From an uncultured Eubacteriales bacterium (GTDB taxonomy: Bacteria; Bacillota; Clostridia; Lachnospirales; Lachnospiraceae), in NCBI GenBank assembly GCA_949289145.1, contig CASEML010000051.1:2306-66305 (forward strand): 64,000 nt of DNA, given 5' to 3'. How positions within the stretch are numbered: the first letter of the stretch is position 1; the number at the start of each line of letters is the position of its first letter. The notes beneath the pieces were generated by a model, which worked only from the letters and a program-made list of their open reading frames with translations, was not told the DNA's origin and did not search any database. Both the position numbers and the translations under genes were made by a program. Below are positions 27,075 through 34,897 of this stretch, piece by piece.

Positions 27075-28606
27075 GATTCATCCACCTTTTCAAACTGAAT
27101 ATCTGATATCTCCAACATTTCCGTAATTTTCACCGTCTCTTCTCCTTTGGGGATCAAGCGAAAACAAAGCTCATCATAATCACTTTTTCTTTCCAGTATT
27201 TCATGAACTATTTCTTCAAAAAAAGTATCCGGCTTTTGGCGGATTTCTCTGACAGAATAAGTATTCTTCTGGCACATATGCACTAAAAATGTATAATAGT
27301 CTGCATTTTTCAGCACTCTTTCTCCCAATCTTTGTATCAATTCCTCATTGAACTGATGAAGCGTAAAAGCCTGTTCTCTTTGGAGTTTTTCAAAAAGAAT
27401 TCTCACAATCTTATGAAAATTGCCGCTGATTCTCTCTTCCTCTAATTCATCTTCATATACATACGCCGCTTCCTCACCTTCTGTAACAGTTTCTGTTTCC
27501 TCTTGATTTTCCGCCTTCATACTAAGCAAATTTTCTGTCAGAACAAAAGAAAACTGCTTTTTCACATTAAGCTGAAGCAAAGGCAGGATTAATGCTTCCA
27601 TTGCCTCGACGTTATCTTTTTCCATCATCTGGTTCATGGCATGATTGAAATCAAAGGAATTACGCAGGGTACTTAACTTAGACTTTTTCACTATTTCGTC
27701 TGCCTGAAGCTGTAAGTCGGTACATAGAGAAAGCAGTTCACTGTGCTTATACATAGCCTTTTTGATTTCCAATTCCAAGGTATATATTTCATCCATCATA
27801 GCAAAAAAGCGCGCATTTTCTTTTCCCTTTTTATCCAGCTCAGCTTTCTCTAATGCCTTCTCTATTAATTCGCTGTTTTTCTTAAACAGTCTCTGTTCCT
27901 CATCAAACCATTTTGTAATATCATTTATATAAGCTTCATATACCTTTTTCCCTTCAAAAACATCTGCACTAAGTATCGCCAACACTTCATTTCGCCTTAA
28001 CTTTAATTTATTCACTTCCCGATTGATCCTCTTTACCACTTCAATGCCGCCCTTAAAGTTTTGAGTATCAATTAACTTGCTTAACAAAAGTTGTTCCACA
28101 CTAATGCTGCTTTCTTCCTTAATTTCTTTGGTATCTAAATAAAACTCTATAGCTTCAGAAGTTATTCTATAGAATAAATTACTGTCTATAATTCTGCTTT
28201 CAATTAATTTCATGCGAATGGTTTTCTTCTGATGATCTTTGGGGTCAAAATAATCAAAGGAAAACGGTTTCCCCTCATTGAGCAATTTATCAAATAAGTA
28301 GGCACACAATTCTTTTTCTTCCTCCTCAGCAACCTTTAACTGAAAATCCCTGACTAAAATGGTGTGCAAAAAGCTTTCATATTCCTGATATGCAACATCT
28401 TTGTCTTTTAGATTGTTCTCGTCAATGAAAAACCGCAGTACTGCCATGGTTATGTAGCCCATATCCAGACAAGAATATTTTCCTTCTTTCCATTGCAGCA
28501 GGGAATTGTCCGCCAGCTTAAAAAACGGATAGTATTTCTTTATATTTTCAATTCTCTCTTTGTGTTCCTGTATGATGTCCTGCATCATAATATATTCTTC
28601 AGTCAT
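27056..28606 (-). CDS. Kleisin-like MukF/MksF/JetA-like subunit (putative)
   Basis: 516 aa and helical, with an acidic flexible linker ENQEETETVTEGEEAAYVYEDELEEER between N- and C-terminal domains. GAGGAG SD precedes the start. It is the first gene of the coupled trio. Confidence 0.45.
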   Translation of the reverse strand: MTEEYIMMQDIIQEHKERIENIKKYYPFFKLADNSLLQWKEGKYSCLDMGYITMAVLRFFIDENNLKDKDVAYQEYESFLHTILVRDFQLKVAEEEEKELCAYLFDKLLNEGKPFSFDYFDPKDHQKKTIRMKLIESRIIDSNLFYRITSEAIEFYLDTKEIKEESSISVEQLLLSKLIDTQNFKGGIEVVKRINREVNKLKLRRNEVLAILSADVFEGKKVYEAYINDITKWFDEEQRLFKKNSELIEKALEKAELDKKGKENARFFAMMDEIYTLELEIKKAMYKHSELLSLCTDLQLQADEIVKKSKLSTLRNSFDFNHAMNQMMEKDNVEAMEALILPLLQLNVKKQFSFVLTENLLSMKAENQEETETVTEGEEAAYVYEDELEEERISGNFHKIVRILFEKLQREQAFTLHQFNEELIQRLGERVLKNADYYTFLVHMCQKNTYSVREIRQKPDTFFEEIVHEILERKSDYDELCFRLIPKGEETVKITEMLEISDIQFEKVDESWKKEI

Positions 28607-28678
28607 ACGTTAACTCCTCTGCCAGACAGCAAAAGAAAAAGATGAGAAATGTTCCCCACCCTTTTCTTCTGAGCCTCA

Positions 28679-29029
28679 TTATTTGTACATTGGACACGTT
28701 CTCGTTCTCTTGGTATTGCAATCCTGAATACGTCCCAGAGAACAGCTTACCAGTTCGCCTTTTAAGAAACAAAATCCATTTTTTTCTTCTAAGTTTTGTT
28801 TCTCTTCTTCTAACGGACATTTACTTAATTTCTTTGTCATACAATCCAAAACACGTCCCGGAATACAGTCTACCAAATCACCTTTCACACAGCAAAAAGG
28901 CCGCGTCTCCTCTTTTTTAGCTTCTGCCTGCAACGGACATTCCCTAACTCTTTTAATGTTACAGTCTTGAATACGTCCCGGAGAGCAATCCACCAATTCT
29001 CCTTTTAAAAAACAAAATCCCTGTTCCAT
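28679..29029 (-). CDS. Small protein made of three tandem Cys4 repeats (C-x8-C-x7-C-x7-C-P)
   Basis: ORF 28679..29038; the ATG giving MEQGFCF (29027-29) follows AAGGTGA. The repeats are GFCFLKGELVDCSPGRIQDCNIKRVRECP, PFCCVKGDLVDCIPGRVLDCMTKKLSKCP and GFCFLKGELVSCSLGRIQDCNTKRTRTCP. Confidence 0.6.
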   Translation of the reverse strand: MEQGFCFLKGELVDCSPGRIQDCNIKRVRECPLQAEAKKEETRPFCCVKGDLVDCIPGRVLDCMTKKLSKCPLEEEKQNLEEKNGFCFLKGELVSCSLGRIQDCNTKRTRTCPMYK

Positions 29030-29039
29030 TAGAATCACC

Positions 29040-30992
29040 TTAATTTCTTTTTAATACCATTGCGGATACCGGAGCTACCACAACATGATTTTCTGCCCTT
29101 TCCAATATTTTTGTGCCAGCCTGTATCTTATTCACATAAACACCAAAGCTGCCTTTCGGGAGTTCTAAAGTCACTTCTTTCTTACCTGCATTGTAGGCTA
29201 TCAACACTTCCTCGTCTTCTGTTTTTATCACATAAGAAACCAGACCCGGTACAATCGGAAGAAACTTAATATACTGTTCTATCTCCTCTTTTGTGCGTAA
29301 GCGCAATGCTTTTGTTTCCTTTCTAAAAGCAATCAATCCCTGATAATATGAAAAAATATCTAAATGCTCTTTCTTAGTATCCCACTTAATACTGTTAATT
29401 TCATCACTGCTGTTAAAGCTGTCTTCCACATACCCATATTCCTTGGTTTCATCGGGCTTACTTCTTAAGATTTCTTCTCCTGCATGGATAAAAGGGATTC
29501 CCTGTGAAGTAAGAATAATGGCAATGGCAAGCTTATTCATTGCTTCTAATTCCTCTTGAGATTTTCCTTGGTTAGAAATAGCTAACTTATCCCACAAAGT
29601 ATAATTATCATGGCAGGAGGTATAATTGACACACTGTGACGGTGCAGCTGCCCAAGGTGCCGGTATTTTCTGCTTATAAGAAACATTCTTCCTATATAAC
29701 TGGCTATGGCCCACGGCACCAGTAACACCAAACTGGATCAATCTTTCTAAGTGCTTTTCACCGCTGACAAATCCTTTTTCGAGCTCTTCAAACACGCTTC
29801 CCTTTACCGCATCTCTGATGTCATCGCTGAAAGCTGCGATTCCTGGCATACGATAAGTATATTGTTTTAATGCACGTTCTTTTTTCGGCAGCATTGATTC
29901 CTTTGCCGTCCATCCTTCTCCATAAATAAGAATATTTTCATCTACTTCATCTAATGCTTTTCTAATTTCATTCATGGTTGTAATATCATGGATTGCCATC
30001 AGATCAAAACGAAAACCGTCAATATGATATTCTTCTGCCCAGTACTTTAAAGAATCCACCATAAATTTGCGGACCATTAAATGATTGGATGCCGTTTCGT
30101 TTCCACAGGCAGATGCATCGCTGAATGTATCGCCGTTCATACGGAAAAAGTAACCGGGCACAATTTTCTGATAACAGAACTCCTCTGCATCAAACACATG
30201 ATTATAAACCACATCCATGACCACACAGAGACCACTTTTGTGAAGTGCCTGCACCATTTCCTTAAATTCTTTAATTCGTACTTCTCCATGAAATGGATCG
30301 GTGGAATAAGAACCTTCCGGTACATTGTAATTCACAGGATCATAACCCCAGTTATACTGCGGCACATCTAATTTTGTTTCATCCACTGAACCATAATCAA
30401 AAGACGGAAGCAGGTGCACATGAGTTACACCTAGCTCTTTGATGTGTTCCACACCCGTTTTTAGATTGTCTCCATTTACAGTACCTTCTTCCGTAAATGC
30501 CTTATATTTTCCTTTATATTTCATGCCGGAAGATGTATCCATAGAAAAATCCCTGATATGAAGTTCATAAATTACTGCATCCGTAGTATTTATTTTTTCC
30601 GGTCTTTTTTCTTCTGCAAATCCTTCCGGATCCGTAGCCCTCAAGTCTACCACCATGCCACGAAGACCATTGGCACCTGCTGCCTTGGCATATGGGTCTA
30701 CTGCCTCTCTTTCCTTTCCGTTTACCTTGGCAGTATAAGTATAATATTTCTTATGCAGATCTCCGGAAACTACAGTTTTATAAGTTCCATTTTCCGCTGG
30801 TTCCATTTTCACAATTTTATACGGTTCTCCCTGCAATCCATCCTCATATAAATTAAGGATCACAGACTCAGCTGTAGGTGCATATACACGAAAAGATGTG
30901 CTGTCTTTTGAATATACGCTTCCTAAATCATTACCCGTATAAGTATATTTATTTTCAAAGTTTTTTGTTAAATAAACTGTATTTTCCTTCAT
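29040..30992 (-). CDS. pulA: Type I pullulanase (GH13 with N-terminal CBM48-like domain)
   Basis: YNWGYDP, VMDVVYNHV, GFRFDLM, YGEGW and YTSCHDN are conserved pullulanase/GH13 regions; 650 aa. Confidence 0.9.
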   Translation of the reverse strand: MKENTVYLTKNFENKYTYTGNDLGSVYSKDSTSFRVYAPTAESVILNLYEDGLQGEPYKIVKMEPAENGTYKTVVSGDLHKKYYTYTAKVNGKEREAVDPYAKAAGANGLRGMVVDLRATDPEGFAEEKRPEKINTTDAVIYELHIRDFSMDTSSGMKYKGKYKAFTEEGTVNGDNLKTGVEHIKELGVTHVHLLPSFDYGSVDETKLDVPQYNWGYDPVNYNVPEGSYSTDPFHGEVRIKEFKEMVQALHKSGLCVVMDVVYNHVFDAEEFCYQKIVPGYFFRMNGDTFSDASACGNETASNHLMVRKFMVDSLKYWAEEYHIDGFRFDLMAIHDITTMNEIRKALDEVDENILIYGEGWTAKESMLPKKERALKQYTYRMPGIAAFSDDIRDAVKGSVFEELEKGFVSGEKHLERLIQFGVTGAVGHSQLYRKNVSYKQKIPAPWAAAPSQCVNYTSCHDNYTLWDKLAISNQGKSQEELEAMNKLAIAIILTSQGIPFIHAGEEILRSKPDETKEYGYVEDSFNSSDEINSIKWDTKKEHLDIFSYYQGLIAFRKETKALRLRTKEEIEQYIKFLPIVPGLVSYVIKTEDEEVLIAYNAGKKEVTLELPKGSFGVYVNKIQAGTKILERAENHVVVAPVSAMVLKRN

Positions 30993-31005
30993 ATTTGCTC
31001 CTTTA

Positions 31006-31698
31006 TTATTTTATATATTCCAACAACTCTTTCTGAGCTGTTTTATAAATATTTTTTGCAATAGGAACGACTTGTCCATTCAGCAATTTAAAATCATATG
31101 TTTCAATTTCCCCAACATACATTAAATTTACAATATAATCTTTATGGCATCGGAAAAACTGCCTGCCCTCAATAATAGGAAACAGGTCTTCAAGCGAATC
31201 CACCGTACATATATGGAAATTTTCCCCATAAACTTTAATGCCATTATAAATATGCTCAATATAATAAATATCATCAGGGTGTACTTCTATCTCCATATCA
31301 CCCTCCATCACAGTAATAGATTCCCTTGAGAAATATTCAATGATACATCTTCGAAAAATCTCTTTTACTTCAATTTCCTTTACTGGCTTCACAAGAACAT
31401 ATGCATCAGCAATTTCACAATTCTTTTTCATTTCTTCATCTTTCACCACAAATACGATATCTGCATTATATCCAGTACTTTTCAGCTTTCTGGCAAAATT
31501 AGTTCCATTCATATCTTCCAGAAAATAATCTAACACAAACAGATGATAATGATTGTTCATATTTTTCTCTAATTCTTTCGTACTTTCATAGAAATCAATC
31601 TGGTAATCTAATTCTTCGATTTTTAGAATTTCCTGAAGGTAATCTTCAAAAATTCTTGCATAAATCTTTTCACTTTCCAAAATTGCTACTCTGTACAT
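31006..31698 (-). CDS. LytTR-family response regulator (no kinase gene adjacent)
   Basis: Receiver domain with LFVLDYFLEDMNG (phospho-Asp) and LVKPV. The C-terminal LytTR domain reads IYYIEHIYNGIKVY...FFRCHKDYIVNL. Confidence 0.85.
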   Translation of the reverse strand: MYRVAILESEKIYARIFEDYLQEILKIEELDYQIDFYESTKELEKNMNNHYHLFVLDYFLEDMNGTNFARKLKSTGYNADIVFVVKDEEMKKNCEIADAYVLVKPVKEIEVKEIFRRCIIEYFSRESITVMEGDMEIEVHPDDIYYIEHIYNGIKVYGENFHICTVDSLEDLFPIIEGRQFFRCHKDYIVNLMYVGEIETYDFKLLNGQVVPIAKNIYKTAQKELLEYIK

Positions 31699-31727
31699 TT
31701 TTACTCCTTTGCTTTAAATTATACCCT

Positions 31728-31856
31728 TTACTTCTCTTTTTGATTTAATGTGTCCTTTACTTCTTTGTATGCCTTATTTGCGGCAAGAAATTTCTTATTT
31801 AAATTTCCCATTTGATAAGTTGCCTTAATGATCATCTGTTTCAAATTCCTTTTCAT
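31728..31856 (-). CDS. Possible 42-aa Lys-rich small ORF between trmB and the LytTR regulator
   Basis: AGGAGTG-atgggg-ATG; it reads MKRNLKQMIIKATYQMGNLNKKFLAANKAYKEVKDTLNQKEK. No family recognised. Confidence 0.25.
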   Translation of the reverse strand: MKRNLKQMIIKATYQMGNLNKKFLAANKAYKEVKDTLNQKEK

Positions 31857-31871
31857 CCCCATCACTCCTGA

Positions 31872-32510
31872 TTATCTATATATAATCATCTTATGAATTG
31901 GGTTCCCCATTGATGAAAATTTTTGCTCATATTCTGTCATAATATTTCCTGCATTCATAATTTTATCTTGGTGAAGATCAAAGGTATGCTGCTGTATTTT
32001 CCACCCTGCTTCCTTTGTTTCTTCTAAAGAAAATTCAAATAAATCACGGTTATCTGTCTTAAATTCCAGTCTGCCGTCCTCTTTTAATATTTTATCATAC
32101 CTTGTCAAGAATTCTCTGGAAGTCAGCCGTCTTTTTGCATGCCGGTCTTTTGGCCAGGGATCCGAGAAATTTAAGTAAATTTTATCAATTTCACCATGTG
32201 CGAAAATATCTTCCACTGTTTTGGCATCTATACAAAGAAAATACAAGTTTTTCACTTCAGTTTCCTGATGCTTTTGTAATGCCCGCAGCAGTACACTGGA
32301 ATAACGCTCTACACCAATATAATTAATATCTGGATTCTGCCTTGCCAGTTCCATAATAAACTGCCCCTTACCCATCCCGATTTCTATTTGTATGGGATGA
32401 TTGTTTTGGAATATCTGATTCCATCTACCCTTGTATTCTTCCGGATTTTTGATGACAAATTCATTTGCTGCAATCACCTCTCCGGCACCTTTTATATTTC
32501 GAAGACGCAT
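31872..32510 (-). CDS. trmB: tRNA (guanine46-N7)-methyltransferase
   Basis: From MRLRNIKGAG (ATG 32508-10): IEIGMGKGQFI, YLNFSDPWPKDRHAKRRLT, FKTDNRDLFE and IMTEYEQKF match TrmB. Confidence 0.92.
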   Translation of the reverse strand: MRLRNIKGAGEVIAANEFVIKNPEEYKGRWNQIFQNNHPIQIEIGMGKGQFIMELARQNPDINYIGVERYSSVLLRALQKHQETEVKNLYFLCIDAKTVEDIFAHGEIDKIYLNFSDPWPKDRHAKRRLTSREFLTRYDKILKEDGRLEFKTDNRDLFEFSLEETKEAGWKIQQHTFDLHQDKIMNAGNIMTEYEQKFSSMGNPIHKMIIYR

Positions 32511-32541
32511 AAATCTACTCCTTGTTAGTTCTGGTTTTGTC

Positions 32542-33669
32542 CTAATAATTACCAAATATGGTCATATTCTTTGTTTCTTCCTGCAGACTTCCCAATGCAT
32601 TCTGTACTGCACTGTCCTGCAAATTTCCTTCAAAATCCACAAAGAAACGGTATTCCCAGTTTTTCTCACGAATCGGCCTTGATTCAATATTACAAAGGTT
32701 GATTCCATTATAAATAAAATGAGATAATGTCTTATAAAGCGAGCCGCTTTCATGAGGAATCTCAAAACAAATACTTATCTTTCCTGCATTCTTTAAAAAT
32801 TTTTTCTGACTGCAAACAATGATAAATCTAGTGGAGTTTAACTCACTGTCATTGATGCCCTCCTCTAATATATTAAGTCCATATAACTCTCCTGCATATC
32901 TGCTTGCAATAGCTGCCTGGGTTTTATCTCCTTCCTCTGCCACCTTCTTGGCTGCAAAAGCATTGTTTTCCATACTGATCTGTTTCCAGTCCTGCTTTCT
33001 TAAATATCCTGCGCTCTGCATCAGAGACTGAGGATGGGAATATACTGTCTTAATATCCTCTTTGTCTGCCCCCGGCACCGCCAGCAGACAGTGTTTAATT
33101 TCAATAATCTGTTCTCCAACAATATAATTATCAAATTCTACTAACAGGTCATAAATTTCGCTGACTCCTCCTGCTGTAGAATTTTCAATTGGTAATACCG
33201 CATAATCTGCCTTTCCCTCTGCTATTGTCTCCATAGCATTTCGGAAACTCTTTACATGAAAATTCTTCACCTGTGCACCAAAATATTCTTTCATGGCTGC
33301 ATAACTGTAAGAACCCTCAATTCCCTGAAATACCACTGTTGCATTTTCTTTATCTAATGTATCCACCGGCTGAAAAGAAGGTTTTTCCATAATTCCGTGC
33401 TGTTCTAAAAGCTTATACTGAAGTTTTCTGCTGATAGACATAATCTGCCCAAACAATTCCCCCACACCTAAACGATTGATCTCATTTCCAGTCAGTGACT
33501 GAACTGCTTCAATTTTTTCATTTTCTCTCTCCCGGTCAAAAACTTTTTTTCCGGTTTTTATTTTATATTCTGCTACATTTTTGCAAATTTCCATCCGCTC
33601 CTCAAAAAGCTGCACCATTTTTCTGTCGATACAGTCGATCTCTTTCCTTAATTCCTGTAAATCTGCCAT
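32542..33669 (-). CDS. pheA: Bifunctional chorismate mutase / prephenate dehydratase
   Basis: N-terminal CM_2 helix LRKEIDCIDRKMVQLFEERMEI. The PDT domain has VVFQGIEGSYSY and TRFIIV, and the ACT region has IESRPI. Confidence 0.9.
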   Translation of the reverse strand: MADLQELRKEIDCIDRKMVQLFEERMEICKNVAEYKIKTGKKVFDRERENEKIEAVQSLTGNEINRLGVGELFGQIMSISRKLQYKLLEQHGIMEKPSFQPVDTLDKENATVVFQGIEGSYSYAAMKEYFGAQVKNFHVKSFRNAMETIAEGKADYAVLPIENSTAGGVSEIYDLLVEFDNYIVGEQIIEIKHCLLAVPGADKEDIKTVYSHPQSLMQSAGYLRKQDWKQISMENNAFAAKKVAEEGDKTQAAIASRYAGELYGLNILEEGINDSELNSTRFIIVCSQKKFLKNAGKISICFEIPHESGSLYKTLSHFIYNGINLCNIESRPIREKNWEYRFFVDFEGNLQDSAVQNALGSLQEETKNMTIFGNY

Positions 33670-33842
33670 AAATATCTCCTTTATGTATCCATATTATAAC
33701 ATATGCTTATTGCCTACTTAATAAGATACAGCACTTCCTTATCATAATCAAGTAAAAAACATTTTTTTGTAGTGGCTTGCATTATATTGGTAGAAATATT
33801 ATAATAATTTTTGTATGGTAATTTTAAGGGGAGGAAAATATC

Positions 33843-34880
33843 GTGAAAACTAACGGACAAAAAAAAGGATTTCTAGCAGTCATCACAATTATAATTATTT
33901 TAATCATATGCATCGTTGTGATGCTTTTAGATTTTTCCAAAAAAGTACAATTTAACGAATCCCCTGTTTCGGGAAATACCACAGGAAACCTAAATAATTC
34001 CGGACTGTTTTGTGAAAGCAACGGAATATTATATTTTGCCAACGCTTATGATAATCATTCACTGTATTCTTACAATCCCGATAACGGAAGATGCAAAAAA
34101 CTCAGTGATGGTCCCATCAAAAGCATTAATGCCGATTCCCATTACATTTACTATGTAAGAGAAGTCTCCAAAACAGAGGGAACATTTGGATTCGCAACTG
34201 CAACATTTAAAGGCTTGTACCGCATGGAATTAAACGGAAAAAATAAAACCTGTCTTTACAGCGGCAGTGTGGAAAATGCCCAGTTAATCAATAATAAGAT
34301 ATTTTTTCAAAATTATTCCAATGACTATGGTTTCCATTTATATTCAATTGATATTGATGGCACCAATGAAACAGAAGTACTAAAAGAGGCCGTGAATCCT
34401 ACAGGATATTTTAACAATGCATTGTACTTCTGCAATGCCAATGAAAATCATAATGTTATGAAAATGAATCCTGACACCTATGAAAAAGAACTTGTTTATG
34501 AGGGCAACTGTTATTTCCCCACTGTTCAGGATAACTACCTGTACTTTATAGATGTGGAAAATAATTATTCCCTTGCAAAAGTAGATTTAACTACCAACGA
34601 GAAAACAACGTTAACCACAGAGCGTCTTGATACATATAACTTATATGGAAATACTATTTTCTATCAGGTAAGCGATGCTGAAAATCCGGCTCTGAAACGA
34701 ATGAAAACGGATGGAAGCAATATAGAATTAATTCAAAATGGTGTTTTCCATGATATTAATATCACAAATAACTACACTTATTTTACAGCATATAATTCTA
34801 CCGTGCCCATTTACCGTACTCCCACCACAGGAGTTGTAGATGTTACTACATTTACGGAGGCGTTTGATGCTGTAAAGTAA
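33843..34880 (+). CDS. Membrane-anchored beta-propeller-like repeat protein (DUF5050-like)
   Basis: GTG start after GGGGAGG. It has an N-terminal TM segment (FLAVITIIIILIICIVVML) and repeated ...YF.N....LY... blades (ILYFANAY, IYYVRE, IFFQNY, LYFCNA, LYFIDV, IFYQVS, TYFTAY). Confidence 0.5.
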   Translation: MKTNGQKKGFLAVITIIIILIICIVVMLLDFSKKVQFNESPVSGNTTGNLNNSGLFCESNGILYFANAYDNHSLYSYNPDNGRCKKLSDGPIKSINADSHYIYYVREVSKTEGTFGFATATFKGLYRMELNGKNKTCLYSGSVENAQLINNKIFFQNYSNDYGFHLYSIDIDGTNETEVLKEAVNPTGYFNNALYFCNANENHNVMKMNPDTYEKELVYEGNCYFPTVQDNYLYFIDVENNYSLAKVDLTTNEKTTLTTERLDTYNLYGNTIFYQVSDAENPALKRMKTDGSNIELIQNGVFHDINITNNYTYFTAYNSTVPIYRTPTTGVVDVTTFTEAFDAVK

Positions 34881-34897
34881 ATCTTTAGGAGAATATA

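Noticed and set aside
28599-28920. ORFs 28599..28820 (minus) and 28642..28920 (plus) overlapping the Cys-repeat gene; also the possibility that the 114-bp periodic repeats are a CRISPR-like array
   Set aside because: The three repeats are contiguous, in frame, and conserve all 12 Cys codons, so they are coding repeats. There are no unique spacers and no cas genes in the window. The overlapping ORFs are off-frame or antisense products of the repeat.
21953-29038. Search for a JetD/MksG-type Toprim nuclease, or any other nuclease ORF, next to the SMC-like trio
   Set aside because: None found. The flanking ORFs are a CPBP protease (TM protein), a 116-aa Cys-repeat protein and a pullulanase. The absence is reported as a finding rather than any neighbour being forced into that role.
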